A stretch of 64,000 nt of DNA from Staphylococcus phage vB_Sau_P68, in sequence record OL741057.1; one strand, written 5' to 3'. Position 1 is the first letter of the stretch, and each line of letters starts with the position of its first letter. Position numbers and translations under genes: made by a program. The notes beneath the pieces were generated by a model that was not told the origin of the DNA, searched no databases, and saw only the letters and a program-made list of their open reading frames with translations. This document shows, piece by piece, positions 15,273 through 25,515 of this stretch.

Positions 15273-15497
15273 TTAAAATAAAATAGTACCTGCTACAGTG
15301 TAATCATCTCTTTCTAAACAATACTGTTGTAGCTTAATGTAATCATCTCTATTGATATCTGATACATCAATCTGTAATACACCTTTACCAGTGTCTGCAT
15401 TAAATTCTGTGTTAACAATTGCTAAAATACTCCCAGTAAATCTAACCTTACATGGTTTATTCTTTTTAATAGTTTCTAGTACCTCTTTATAATTCAT
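15273..15497 (-). CDS. hypothetical protein (74 aa)
   Basis: ORF track. Confidence 0.5.
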   Translation of the reverse strand: MNYKEVLETIKKNKPCKVRFTGSILAIVNTEFNADTGKGVLQIDVSDINRDDYIKLQQYCLERDDYTVAGTILF

Positions 15498-15530
15498 TTG
15501 TAATTTCCTCCTTTATAATATAAATCCTAA

Positions 15531-15734
15531 TTAGTCTAATGTTTTGTTAGCTTTATCTAACGCTAATAGTAATTCAGTCATTACATCTCTCTTTTCAAAA
15601 TCAGACACTGGTAAATCAAGATACTCCTTAATAATTTTATGTGCTTGTACATAACCTAAATCTTCAATACCTTCTGATTTACTTACTACCTCATTTGATT
15701 TCTTGTGTAGTCTTTCAATCTGTTTGTTATTCAT
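15531..15734 (-). CDS. hypothetical protein (67 aa)
   Basis: ORF track. Confidence 0.5.
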   Translation of the reverse strand: MNNKQIERLHKKSNEVVSKSEGIEDLGYVQAHKIIKEYLDLPVSDFEKRDVMTELLLALDKANKTLD

Positions 15735-15811
15735 GTTAACCTCTCCTTTTTCTTTATATCTAAAGTATACTATAATAAATACCTGCTGTCAACAGGTATT
15801 TATAAATTTAT

Positions 15812-16465
15812 TTAATTTTTAGTAATACCAATAATATCACACTCAGGCATACCTAAGTAAAGATTTAGTATTTCAGAGTCAGGCTCGTCAATTAGCACTA
15901 TTGAATCTTTATAGCCTTCTCTTTTTTTAGATGTAACTCTAATAGTTGGATAATCATTTAATAGCATTCTAACCATCACTGTGTTTGATACTATAAGAGG
16001 TAAATCATATTCTACAGCTAAATAAGCCATTGTTGATGTTTTTCCTGTGCATCTATCTAAAAGTTCAGAAGGTAAAACTACAGGTACTCCCTTATCAATA
16101 GATGATTTAAACACTGAGTAGTATTCTTCATTAATATAGGGCTTCAGTTTTCTAAGAGCTGTCTCCTTATTAATCTCCTCAATTGCTTCAATAAATACAT
16201 CATCTGTCTTTATCTGCTCTTCTACAATTTTCAATACTTTATCTCTAATTTGAGTAAGGATTTCCTTAGGCTCTTCATTTTCGTAAGATATAGTTATTGC
16301 AGGCTGTAATTTATAATTCCCCCTGTATTGTATTGAGGTTTCAAATTCTATGAAATGCCCTACGCCCTTATATCTACCCTTCTCAAGAGTTACTTTTATA
16401 TTGTGTTTTTGTATATCTATATATTCCATATTTAATAATGAATTTATAATAGCATCTGATTTCAT
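15812..16465 (-). CDS. protein with a C-terminal P-loop NTPase-like segment
   Basis: DRCTGKTST (Walker A-like) and IVLIDEPD (Walker B-like); weak. Confidence 0.4.
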   Translation of the reverse strand: MKSDAIINSLLNMEYIDIQKHNIKVTLEKGRYKGVGHFIEFETSIQYRGNYKLQPAITISYENEEPKEILTQIRDKVLKIVEEQIKTDDVFIEAIEEINKETALRKLKPYINEEYYSVFKSSIDKGVPVVLPSELLDRCTGKTSTMAYLAVEYDLPLIVSNTVMVRMLLNDYPTIRVTSKKREGYKDSIVLIDEPDSEILNLYLGMPECDIIGITKN

Positions 16466-16783
16466 TTATTTTACCTCCTTAAAGTATCTTGATAACTCTA
16501 TATTTGTTTTAGTTTGGTCTCCTACAATATCTTGTAAAGTATTACTAATCTCTGTGTATAATTCATTAGGGCTTAGTGTTTCAGGTTTACTAATCGTAAT
16601 CTGTGTATCTAATAAGTACTTACCTGATAAGGTGAAAACTACAGTATCTAAAAACAATACTGATTCATCTACCATATCTATGTCTAAAATATATGTCGAA
16701 CTAGCTTGTGAAAACCGTACTTTATACCCTTCTATTTGTAATACCTTGTCTTGAAAAAATCGTTCTATTGACTTTGCTTTCAT
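16466..16783 (-). CDS. hypothetical protein (105 aa)
   Basis: ORF track. Confidence 0.5.
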   Translation of the reverse strand: MKAKSIERFFQDKVLQIEGYKVRFSQASSTYILDIDMVDESVLFLDTVVFTLSGKYLLDTQITISKPETLSPNELYTEISNTLQDIVGDQTKTNIELSRYFKEVK

Positions 16784-16785
16784 AA

Positions 16786-17049
16786 TTACTTTTCCTCCTT
16801 ATTATCTTTTGGAATAAAAATCTGAGGTGAATACTTATCCTCTAGTACTCGAATAGCCTCTTCATACTGAGAAATCATTAAATCAAAGTGTCTTAGTTGT
16901 AACTGTGATTCATAGTGTTCCCCGCCCCTAGTTTGATACTCTGCAAAATCCTTTTCTGCAGATATTAGTTCGGCTAGTGCCTCTCTTAAAGCTTGTGATG
17001 GTGTTGCAATATAATTTTCTCCGTTAAGATTTGGTTCATATCTTACCAT
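16786..17049 (-). CDS. hypothetical protein (87 aa)
   Basis: ORF track. Confidence 0.5.
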   Translation of the reverse strand: MVRYEPNLNGENYIATPSQALREALAELISAEKDFAEYQTRGGEHYESQLQLRHFDLMISQYEEAIRVLEDKYSPQIFIPKDNKEEK

Positions 17050-17063
17050 TTCTACTTCCTCCT

Positions 17064-17246
17064 TTAATTTCTACTAAACATACTTCCTACTGCACTGATT
17101 AAAATAAATATCCCGATACATACCCAAATACTTACCTTAACACCAAATGCAGATAATACTAATTGTAAAATCCATGCAGGTAAAACAATACCTACTGCAA
17201 TAACTAGGATTACAATCCCTAAAATCAAAATAATATGTTTCATCAA
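17064..17246 (-). CDS. small membrane protein (60 aa)
   Basis: ORF track; hydrophobic. Confidence 0.45.
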   Translation of the reverse strand: MMKHIILILGIVILVIAVGIVLPAWILQLVLSAFGVKVSIWVCIGIFILISAVGSMFSRN

Positions 17247-17264
17247 TTAACCTCCTTTTCTATA

Positions 17265-17293
17265 TTATATCATACTATCTTATAGTTGTCAAC
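17265..17293 (-). promoter_or_regulatory. promoter (minus: TTGACA-N17-TATAAT)
   Basis: sequence. Confidence 0.6.
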
Positions 17294-17335
17294 ACTTATT
17301 TTCAATTTCTTCTTGGTACATGCTAATATATTCAT

Positions 17336-17860
17336 CTAATGAATTTCTCCGCTATATTCACCTGCTCTACTTATAATATCATCAAAACTATAGGCAATTT
17401 TACCTTCTACGTCATAACCTACATTGATGTGATACTCTGTATCCATTAATTGTGAGTGTATATGACCGTGGATATTAAACATGTTTTTTCTACCTATTAG
17501 TGTAGGGTAATGACTTAGATAAAATCTCTTCCCATCTTTCTTAATCATATCTGCATATTTTACTGTAATACCATTACGTTCATATAGTTTTACAAGCTTC
17601 TTATGGTCATGGTTGCCTGCAATCAGTATCATTTCTTTATAGTTTAGCCTATTAAGTATATCTTCTACTTTAGAAGGCTTCATATTGAAAAAGAAGTCCC
17701 CAATATTGTAAACAATATCGTTATTTGTAATTGTATTGTTCCACAACTCAATTAAACCTTCATTCATTTCTTCTACCGAGTTCCAGTGACTACGTGTAGA
17801 TGCTTCAAATTCTCTAATATTATCATGACCAAAATGTAAATCACTAACAAAATAAATCAT
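17336..17860 (-). CDS. calcineurin-like metallophosphoesterase (Ser/Thr phosphatase-like)
   Basis: motifs DLHFGH, GDFFF, GNHD, HGHIH. Confidence 0.75.
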   Translation of the reverse strand: MIYFVSDLHFGHDNIREFEASTRSHWNSVEEMNEGLIELWNNTITNNDIVYNIGDFFFNMKPSKVEDILNRLNYKEMILIAGNHDHKKLVKLYERNGITVKYADMIKKDGKRFYLSHYPTLIGRKNMFNIHGHIHSQLMDTEYHINVGYDVEGKIAYSFDDIISRAGEYSGEIH

Positions 17861-17862
17861 TT

Positions 17863-18270
17863 TTATTCCTCCTTATTAAGCTCAATTAATTTATAGAACC
17901 CTTCTATATCTAAGTTGTGTGAAAGTAATAACATGTTCTCTGTTTGTCCTCCTAAGGGAGTTAGTCTTACTACGTCAGAAACATCTACAGATGTTAATTC
18001 CAAGTCATACATTTTTTGTAATATATCTACAACTTTACTTTTATTTGCACTTATTATTATTTTACTTGATTCCTTATGAATTAAAGCATACTTACTTTCA
18101 ACATAACCTGTATGACCTGAAGTGCTACCTGGCTCAGAACTACCAAAATGTCTCTGTATACCTTTTAATTGTTTCTTCTCTATTCTTCTTTCTAGTAGTT
18201 TGTCAATAGCAAAACCAATTAAACATAATATTAGTAGTAAACCAAAAATTAATACAAATATTGCTAACAT
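17863..18270 (-). CDS. membrane-anchored hypothetical protein (135 aa)
   Basis: ORF track; N-terminal TM helix. Confidence 0.5.
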   Translation of the reverse strand: MLAIFVLIFGLLLILCLIGFAIDKLLERRIEKKQLKGIQRHFGSSEPGSTSGHTGYVESKYALIHKESSKIIISANKSKVVDILQKMYDLELTSVDVSDVVRLTPLGGQTENMLLLSHNLDIEGFYKLIELNKEE

Positions 18271-18575
18271 TATTGACTCATCTCCTTTAAATACTCATCT
18301 AAGATACTTATACCGTAGGAATCCCCTTTTTCGTAATAATGAACATCATCACGTGATTTACTTAATAATCCTACAACTAAACTATTATTTGTCTTACTAA
18401 ACTGCCTCAAGTTATACTTACCCATATTATTATCTTCAAGTAAAACGATATCGTTATCGACTAATGTACCTTCTGTAGTATAAGATAACCCTTTTGCTGT
18501 TGTGTTAATGAATTCTAAAAGCTCCTTTAGGATGTGTTTATTTTCTTCTTTATAAAATACAATAATACCTTTCAT
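18270..18575 (-). CDS. hypothetical protein, a possible distant member of the paralog family
   Basis: ORF track; weak N-terminal similarity (IIVFYKEENKHILKELLEFINTT). Confidence 0.5.
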   Translation of the reverse strand: MKGIIVFYKEENKHILKELLEFINTTAKGLSYTTEGTLVDNDIVLLEDNNMGKYNLRQFSKTNNSLVVGLLSKSRDDVHYYEKGDSYGISILDEYLKEMSQ

Positions 18576-18651
18576 AAGTTAACCTCCTTATTTAATATAC
18601 TCTTAGTATATAATAAAAGAAACCTAATGTCAATAGGTTTCTTAAACTTTT

Positions 18652-19344
18652 TTATAATGAAATTGGTTTCACAATACTGTCTAGTGTAGCAATTAAATGA
18701 CCTGTACCATCATACGTAATATCTGTTTTAATAATACGATTAATAAGCGTACCCTCAGAATCCTGCAATTTCGTATCTATAACATGTTTACCTTCATCCT
18801 TAGAGTATTCAATAACAATTAAGTATCCCTCAGGTAAATGTATACTTACTTTTCTTCTTTGAATGAGCATATTTCGGTCATTGATAGTAAAACTACCTAC
18901 TCTAATACCTCTTGATAATTCTGCAACGATTCCAGGTAATTTGTCCTCCTGCTGAGTACCAACTAATTGTAGTTGTAGCCAATTATAATACTCTTCTGTA
19001 GCTTTCATATATAAAGTATCTAAAAACTCCACAACAGACTCTTCCGAAGTTTCAAAGTCATCAGGTACAATATCATGAGTTACTTTACTGTCAGTTGTAA
19101 CAACAGTCTCACCATTAGCTAAAACAACAATTGAACTAACTACTTCTAGTTTTTCATTTTGTACGTAGAATATAATTCCTTCTTCTTCAGTAAGGCTATC
19201 TTTGAATGATTGGCAGTCTTTATTACCTGTAAAGGATAACTTAGCCTTTTTAGGGCACCCGCCAATTTCTTCTTGTTTATTAATAATTTTTTCCCATTCT
19301 TTTAAGTCAATACTCATTTTTTGTTTTTCCTCCTTCGTCTTCAA
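18652..19344 (-). CDS. hypothetical protein (230 aa)
   Basis: ORF track. Confidence 0.55.
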   Translation of the reverse strand: MKTKEEKQKMSIDLKEWEKIINKQEEIGGCPKKAKLSFTGNKDCQSFKDSLTEEEGIIFYVQNEKLEVVSSIVVLANGETVVTTDSKVTHDIVPDDFETSEESVVEFLDTLYMKATEEYYNWLQLQLVGTQQEDKLPGIVAELSRGIRVGSFTINDRNMLIQRRKVSIHLPEGYLIVIEYSKDEGKHVIDTKLQDSEGTLINRIIKTDITYDGTGHLIATLDSIVKPISL

Positions 19345-19433
19345 AACGTTCTATTTGTTTTTTAAGCTCTTTATTCTCTGCTTCAAGTTCTTTTACTCTT
19401 TGCTCTAACTCTTCTTTAGTCATAGAATTCCTC

Positions 19434-19721
19434 CTACTTTATAAATCCTTTAAGTTCTAAAATAGCATAGTACTCAGGGTTAATGACGTGTAAGCCACCC
19501 CAAATAAAACTAGCAACAATACTAACTAACATAATTGAATATACAACAAAAGCTGTTGGGTGATTAAAAGGTACATGTAGTTTTCTCACTAATACCCAAA
19601 CTAGTAAAGATAATATCAATCCTAGTAAAATAAAACCTAACCCTACTAATACTTGATGCCATACCATGGCTGAAAATCCTTGACCTAATGCATTACTTGC
19701 CTGTTCTACCGCTTTATTCAT
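19434..19721 (-). CDS. membrane protein (95 aa)
   Basis: ORF track; two TM helices. Confidence 0.5.
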   Translation of the reverse strand: MNKAVEQASNALGQGFSAMVWHQVLVGLGFILLGLILSLLVWVLVRKLHVPFNHPTAFVVYSIMLVSIVASFIWGGLHVINPEYYAILELKGFIK

Positions 19722-19737
19722 ATTAATTTCCTCCTTA

Positions 19738-20031
19738 TTAAATATCTAATTTCTCATAACAATCTTCACAAATTAAACCTGAGTCTTCTTTCTCAAGATA
19801 TTCTTTATTGTCTCCCATATATCTATAGCCATCTTGCCACATATCAATGTAACCCTTACACATATCACACTCAGTGTTTTCATGACTTGTATTATTAATT
19901 AAATCACTGCTTCCACACTCACTACATTCTTCAGGCTCTTCAACATAACTCCAGTCTTCAAAATGTTTACAATCCTCACATTCATAAGCTAGTACAAAAT
20001 CCTCTTCAAATTCAAAATCTTTTTGTCTCAT
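19738..20031 (-). CDS. Cys-rich zinc-ribbon-like protein
   Basis: four Cys pairs (CEDCKHF, CSECGSS, CDMCKG, CEDC). Confidence 0.5.
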   Translation of the reverse strand: MRQKDFEFEEDFVLAYECEDCKHFEDWSYVEEPEECSECGSSDLINNTSHENTECDMCKGYIDMWQDGYRYMGDNKEYLEKEDSGLICEDCYEKLDI

Positions 20032-20032
20032 A

Positions 20033-20443
20033 TTAATTTCCTCCTTTAGATTGTTCGATTAAATCTTTTACCGCAAATACTTCAGGGTTCAGTATTCTTA
20101 GAATATCCATAGGTATTCCATATACTAAGTAAATAAATGCACCTATTGATATGATTGATGTAACTATTACATAAAACAAACCTACACCTGTTAAATCTCC
20201 AAAGTTTTCAAATAGTATACTATAATCATCATCTCTATCTGTATCATTTACCTTTTTGTATTGGTTAATAAATACCTTCCATAAAAATATAGTTAATGCT
20301 ATAACTACAATACCTACTATAATGTCTACAATACCGTATATAACTTGATACTTTACTAGTGCTTCCCAAGCATGTTGGCTAATATCACCTAATTTACCTC
20401 CAAGGGAATCAATTCTCTCTAATACTTTATCTTCTAACTTCAC
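20033..20443 (-). CDS. membrane protein (136 aa)
   Basis: ORF track; two TM helices. Confidence 0.5.
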   Translation of the reverse strand: MKLEDKVLERIDSLGGKLGDISQHAWEALVKYQVIYGIVDIIVGIVVIALTIFLWKVFINQYKKVNDTDRDDDYSILFENFGDLTGVGLFYVIVTSIISIGAFIYLVYGIPMDILRILNPEVFAVKDLIEQSKGGN

Positions 20444-20861
20444 TTTAACCCCTCCTTTTTTAGTCTTCTGAATTATATCCGTTAATAAATCCTAGTACAA
20501 AAAGTACTGCCAAGCAAAAAACTATAAATAACATAGGTCAGACCTCCTCTTTATTTGTTAACTTAAGTATAACCTATGTATACTCATTTGTCAACAGTTA
20601 TTTCTTCTTTTTACTTAATTTTTTTTGTTGCTCTTTTAAAGTAGTCCATTGTTCCGGTGTCAACATTCCTATCTCTCCTCATCAAATTGTTTTGTTGTTT
20701 TTATAGCGTACTCTGTGTCAGGGTTTCTTTCTTCTAGTCTCTCTTTTAACTCTTCTAATACTGAAATATCTCTATGTGCTCTAACTTGCTTAGGTTTCTT
20801 CTTTTTACCTACTTTATCATAATAACATAAAGCATACCACTCATTCACTTATTTAGCCACC

Positions 20862-21464
20862 TTACTTAATATTCTTGATTTCTAACTCAAACTCCACTAA
20901 TGAGTTTTTAGATAAATCTTTAATAATAAATACATTATTATCTCTCTTAATAAAATGATTACTAGGTGTAACTCTTTCAGGTTCATTTTTCTTAATCAGT
21001 AACTCCAGTTGGGAGAATAGTCTCTCATTAACTAAGTTGTTGATATCCTCTTCAATATCTTTCCTAGTCAAATAAGAATCATTTAATTTATAGATATTTT
21101 TATTAACATTACCTTTACCAATAAACATATTATCTACATGACAATTACTTCGGTCACCATCTTTAAAACATACATGACCATTCTTAAGGTCTCCTCTTGA
21201 TTGACTAATCATTTCAGGGAATGTATGTGCAATAACAACACCTCGTGAATAACTTGTTTTCTTAGGGTTAATTAAGTATACAATCTCATGAGCAGTCCAC
21301 TTAGGATGATTTTTTCTTGTCTGTGTACCTTTAATTAATTTTCTTGTTACTTTATTTCTAATTAAACCTGAAGGGTGGGCTTCATAGTACCCATTAAACG
21401 GTACTGTTCTCCATCCCTTATCAGGTTGTACTGTGTGGTCTAAATGTTTTCTTCTTTTAATCAT
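20862..21464 (-). CDS. HNH homing endonuclease (NUMOD4-like + HNH_3-type)
   Basis: WRTVPFNGYYEAHPSGLIRN; HTFPEM...NGHVCFKDGDRSNCHVDNMF. Confidence 0.7.
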   Translation of the reverse strand: MIKRRKHLDHTVQPDKGWRTVPFNGYYEAHPSGLIRNKVTRKLIKGTQTRKNHPKWTAHEIVYLINPKKTSYSRGVVIAHTFPEMISQSRGDLKNGHVCFKDGDRSNCHVDNMFIGKGNVNKNIYKLNDSYLTRKDIEEDINNLVNERLFSQLELLIKKNEPERVTPSNHFIKRDNNVFIIKDLSKNSLVEFELEIKNIK

Positions 21465-21814
21465 TATTTTTCCTCCTTTTGTAACTTCTTATCTAAAGTT
21501 ACACTATAATCCTCTTTATAGAATCCTTTAATTCTACCTTTACGTCCTCTAGCATGTTTAACATACTTGTAAACAGTACCTACAAATTGAATTCTTTTTC
21601 CTTTAAGTTCTCTTAACTTTTCGTAGAATGAAATACCTACTTCAATATTAACATGGTCAATTGGTATTCCGTTAATCTTTACATCAGTAACTGTGATTTT
21701 TACACACCCATGTTGATTACCTTTATGTCTTCTACGCTTTGAGTATCTAACATCATCTAAGTACCCTTTAACATTAACTTGCTTCCTATTAAAAGGTTTT
21801 AACTCTTCTCTCAT
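21464..21814 (-). CDS. hypothetical basic protein (116 aa); its stop overlaps the start of the HNH gene
   Basis: ORF track. Confidence 0.5.
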   Translation of the reverse strand: MREELKPFNRKQVNVKGYLDDVRYSKRRRHKGNQHGCVKITVTDVKINGIPIDHVNIEVGISFYEKLRELKGKRIQFVGTVYKYVKHARGRKGRIKGFYKEDYSVTLDKKLQKEEK

Positions 21815-21828
21815 CTTTCCACCTCCAA

Positions 21829-22143
21829 TTATAATTGTAATTTATGATAGTTAAACATATCTTTAGTTAATTTCTTAGCAAAGTAATTAATCATGTATTG
21901 TGTTGAAGTACCTTCAAGTTTATCATAATCAAAGTCAATACATGTGAAAACTACAAAGCTTCCTAAGTTTCTATTACCTTCTCTAACTTCAAATACCAGT
22001 GTGTCATTTTTAAAAGATTTAATTTTAAACTCTTTATTTGTATTAAAACTTTTAGGGAAATTCCACCATTCCTTAGTTGTTGCCATAATCTCAATTGCAT
22101 TTGAAAATTGTCTTCTGATTGTTTCTTTACTCATATTAATCAT
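21829..22143 (-). CDS. hypothetical protein (104 aa)
   Basis: ORF track. Confidence 0.5.
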   Translation of the reverse strand: MINMSKETIRRQFSNAIEIMATTKEWWNFPKSFNTNKEFKIKSFKNDTLVFEVREGNRNLGSFVVFTCIDFDYDKLEGTSTQYMINYFAKKLTKDMFNYHKLQL

Positions 22144-22202
22144 CTCCTGTACTTGTTATACTTATAGTATAATACAAAAGTTTAGAAGTGTCAACACTTA
22201 TT

Positions 22203-22490
22203 TTAAGAAAATACAAGAAGATTTATTATCATCCCTAGTACACATAATATCGAAGCACCTGAGTATACTATAGATTCCTTAGCATCTTTACCTTTTCTAG
22301 CTAAGAGTAAGAAAAGTAGCATACCTGCTTGTAGTAAAAAGAACCACCCATAAAAACCCGCCCAAATGTTTAGTAATATTGCAATACCTGTTAATATATA
22401 GCTCATATCATCATTGAGTAAATCAATGATAACGACAGCTATAAAGGCAACAGAAGCTATTGTCATTAAGTCCATAGGCGTTAATCCCAA
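22203..22490 (-). CDS. membrane protein (95 aa)
   Basis: ORF track; hydrophobic. Confidence 0.5.
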   Translation of the reverse strand: MGLTPMDLMTIASVAFIAVVIIDLLNDDMSYILTGIAILLNIWAGFYGWFFLLQAGMLLFLLLARKGKDAKESIVYSGASILCVLGMIINLLVFS

Positions 22491-22828
22491 TTCCAGTCTT
22501 CCATCACAAAATCAATGTAAGCTTGGTTTTCCTCATCTGTAATTTGGTCTTTAACCACTTCTATTTCTGAAATAACAAACTGTAAAGAATCTGTTAATCT
22601 GCCAAGAGCAATACGTTCTGTTGTTTTAATAGGTAAACGTCCTGAGTGAGGGTGAACTAAGTTATCAATAACCTCTACTGCTTTAATGTCACCACTTACA
22701 ATTTTAATATCCCCTTCATCAAAAAATACTTTACTTAAATTACCAGTACTTGCACTTAGTAAACTTGCAATACTATTAATCATATACACTTTCGTATCTT
22801 CTAAATTTTTTAGTTTTTCATTTAACAT
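22481..22828 (-). CDS. hypothetical protein (115 aa)
   Basis: ORF track. Confidence 0.5.
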   Translation of the reverse strand: MLNEKLKNLEDTKVYMINSIASLLSASTGNLSKVFFDEGDIKIVSGDIKAVEVIDNLVHPHSGRLPIKTTERIALGRLTDSLQFVISEIEVVKDQITDEENQAYIDFVMEDWNWD

Positions 22829-22840
22829 TTTATTTCCTCC

Positions 22841-23215
22841 TTATAACATTAAGTCCTCATTTAAATCTCCTATAACATCTAATAAATCTGAATGTTTGTA
22901 TAGCATATCTACAGGGTTATCAAGACCCCAACCCATACCATCATGTATATCTAAATATGAATAAGGTAGGTCTATAATTAGTTTTGTATGTTCCGTAGTT
23001 TCATATACATTATATACGTCATGGAATCCTGTACCTTGCTTAACAATAACTATATTATAGTCTTTAAATTTCTCTATATTCTCTTCAGTAAGTTTTGTTG
23101 CTGTCATTTTAACCAAACCATGTTCATCCTGTAATAACCTTTTTATAGTTTGAATTGTTTCTTTTAAAACTCTTTGATTTGTAGATTCATAGTGAACAAT
23201 CAGTATATCAATCAT
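22841..23215 (-). CDS. hypothetical protein (124 aa)
   Basis: ORF track. Confidence 0.5.
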   Translation of the reverse strand: MIDILIVHYESTNQRVLKETIQTIKRLLQDEHGLVKMTATKLTEENIEKFKDYNIVIVKQGTGFHDVYNVYETTEHTKLIIDLPYSYLDIHDGMGWGLDNPVDMLYKHSDLLDVIGDLNEDLML

Positions 23216-23229
23216 CTAGTATCCCTCCT

Positions 23230-23460
23230 TTAGTATAGGTATACTACTGTCATAGCATTGTGAATAGACTTCATAACCCAAAATAAGAATAATAATACTG
23301 CTCCTGCCCCAATAACTCCTGGCATCCATCTATCCTTATAAAACTCAATCCCAAGCATCACTACAAAGTAAGATACAAATCCCCATATAAACCATAAAAT
23401 TCCTAATAACATAATAATCATTCCTCTTTTCTTTTTTTTATTTATACTCTTACTATACAT
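23230..23460 (-). CDS. small membrane protein (76 aa)
   Basis: ORF track. Confidence 0.45.
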   Translation of the reverse strand: MYSKSINKKKKRGMIIMLLGILWFIWGFVSYFVVMLGIEFYKDRWMPGVIGAGAVLLFLFWVMKSIHNAMTVVYLY

Positions 23461-23756
23461 TAAAATGATTCATCTGTCAAGCCTTTAATGTAAAGTTTTT
23501 TATTAAAATATTCTAAAGCTTTCTGAGCTGTTGCTACCTCTTTAGTAAACTTTCTAAGTTCTTTCATATCAAGCTCTTCTGAACCTACACGCATTACAAG
23601 CTCTACACCTTCTCGACCATTATCAAATATTATCGGTGAAAATTTTGTTTTATTTTTCTTAGTTACTTCAGTAACAATAATATTACCTGCTAGTCTTACA
23701 ACTATAGTATAATCTCTATACTTATCTTTGTAAAGTACATTTGTTCCTTTAGTCAT
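23460..23756 (-). CDS. hypothetical protein (98 aa)
   Basis: ORF track. Confidence 0.5.
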   Translation of the reverse strand: MTKGTNVLYKDKYRDYTIVVRLAGNIIVTEVTKKNKTKFSPIIFDNGREGVELVMRVGSEELDMKELRKFTKEVATAQKALEYFNKKLYIKGLTDESF

Positions 23757-24027
23757 TTCTTTTTCTCCTTAAATCAATATATAATGATTTCTCTCTTATT
23801 CTTTTCAACATTTGTTCCTTTTCTTCGATAGGAGTAGAAGAAGGTAGTTGTTTTTCTACCTTCTTTTTTTGTTTAGGTTTACCTACTCTATCTGACTCAC
23901 TGTTTATAAAGTCATTAAAATCCATAGTAAAACTCCTTATAATAAAATATTGTTTACTACTAACCCTATTAAAAGTACAATAATCCCAAACACAATTGTA
24001 ATGATGACTGCTACTATCATAGAGCAA
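23749..24027 (-). CDS. hypothetical protein (92 aa)
   Basis: ORF track. Confidence 0.45.
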   Translation of the reverse strand: MLYDSSSHHYNCVWDYCTFNRVSSKQYFIIRSFTMDFNDFINSESDRVGKPKQKKKVEKQLPSSTPIEEKEQMLKRIREKSLYIDLRRKRND

Positions 24028-24185
24028 GCTTTTACATCTAGCGTAGTTTTACTTAATAATAACATCATCACTTTATCTAGTAGAATAGTCATACCTTTAA
24101 ATACTAAATAAAGTATTCCCATGGCTACTGCAAATGCTATAATAATGTATATTACAAGTAATACACTATCAAATGAACTTATCAT
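23937..24185 (-). CDS. membrane protein (start uncertain; overlaps the previous ORF)
   Basis: ORF track; very hydrophobic. Confidence 0.4.
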   Translation of the reverse strand: MISSFDSVLLVIYIIIAFAVAMGILYLVFKGMTILLDKVMMLLLSKTTLDVKACSMIVAVIITIVFGIIVLLIGLVVNNILL

Positions 24186-24274
24186 TGGTTTCTCACCTCT
24201 TTAATTACTTTGGTATAATATTACTATACACTATATAAAACGATTTGTCAATAAAAAAAGCTAACAAATTAATG

Positions 24275-24508
24275 TTAGCTCGATTGGTTTACTTTATGCT
24301 CCTTAATAGAAAAAGCTACACGTTTTCCATCTTTTGTTTCTACTTGATTTTCCTTAACAAATCTTTCTGCTAACTGTTGGGTTGAAAAGTAAAATGATTC
24401 TCGGTTAGAACTTCCTTCTGTTGGTGTCGTAATTACAGTCTTTACAATAACTTCATATACACTAAACTTTGGTAATGTTTTATCCATAATAAATTCCCCT
24501 TTATTCAT
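24275..24508 (-). CDS. hypothetical protein (77 aa)
   Basis: ORF track. Confidence 0.5.
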   Translation of the reverse strand: MNKGEFIMDKTLPKFSVYEVIVKTVITTPTEGSSNRESFYFSTQQLAERFVKENQVETKDGKRVAFSIKEHKVNQSS

Positions 24509-24752
24509 TTTCTTTATCCTTAATGGCTTGGGCTACTGCGTCATTTACTACTCGTACCATAATTCTGTGTGCTGTTCTGATAATCAAGAATCCTATTCCT
24601 AAGAAAGTAGCTAATACAAACGGGTCAATCGTAGCATGTGTTATAAGAATAACTAAACTAGATACACCATAAAAGAATAAAAACCCTACTGTATAAATTA
24701 ATACTACTACTAATAAATTAAATAAGTACACTCCAATAAATTTACTCACCAT
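24501..24752 (-). CDS. membrane protein (83 aa)
   Basis: ORF track. Confidence 0.5.
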   Translation of the reverse strand: MVSKFIGVYLFNLLVVVLIYTVGFLFFYGVSSLVILITHATIDPFVLATFLGIGFLIIRTAHRIMVRVVNDAVAQAIKDKENE

Positions 24753-24953
24753 ATCTCTCCTCTTCTAGCAAATTAGTAACGTATTCATTATTTTGTTCTA
24801 ACTCTTGGATGTAGTCAAAAGCTAATTCTAACATTTTACTTTCACTAATGTGACCTTGCTTATAATACTCTAACTCATTCTTGAATTTGTTTTGTGCTTT
24901 AATACTAGGTATAACCATAATATCTCTCCTCCTTTAGTAATACTATACTACAC

Positions 24954-25511
24954 TTATTTGTTTTTGTCAACAGTTTCTTTATCTTTTTTAAAAAGTTCTT
25001 TAGATAGTTTAGTGTGGTTCTCTACTGCCTTATTATACTTCATATATTTAAAGTGAAGTATATTTATTTCACTGAAAGTAATTTGTCTTAACTTATGCTT
25101 TGCTACTATATCTACTTCATCATCAGGATACTTAAATATCTCAGCTTGGTTCTGCTCAGCATTACTTAGCTCCCAATACATCTTTATACTTCCTCTGTAA
25201 GATACTATCTTATTCATCTTACTTACTTTCCAAGTTCCTAGTGCTAAAACAAACATAATAATAACTGCAGGTGCTAAAGGTGAGTAAACAGCATTACCTG
25301 TTACAAAATACTCGATAACACGTAGGATTATAAGAATAAAGAAACTTATAATTAGCCCTACCATAACTGAATCCAATACTTTTGTAGATACGTAGTTACG
25401 TGTCCCCTTAGAGCGTATAATATCCTTATAATCGTCTACTTCTTTTAACCTGATTTGAATATCTCTATTAGCCTCATCAATATCTTTAACTAATTTTTCC
25501 CTTTCTGTCAT
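24954..25511 (-). CDS. membrane protein with two TM helices (185 aa)
   Basis: ORF track. Confidence 0.55.
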   Translation of the reverse strand: MTEREKLVKDIDEANRDIQIRLKEVDDYKDIIRSKGTRNYVSTKVLDSVMVGLIISFFILIILRVIEYFVTGNAVYSPLAPAVIIMFVLALGTWKVSKMNKIVSYRGSIKMYWELSNAEQNQAEIFKYPDDEVDIVAKHKLRQITFSEINILHFKYMKYNKAVENHTKLSKELFKKDKETVDKNK

Positions 25512-25515
25512 TGTC

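Noticed and set aside
16350-19408. Plus-strand ORFs 16350..16754, 17919..18209, 18122..18400 and 19202..19408
   Set aside because: Entirely antisense within well-supported minus-strand genes, with no RBS. They are typical shadow ORFs in AT-rich DNA.
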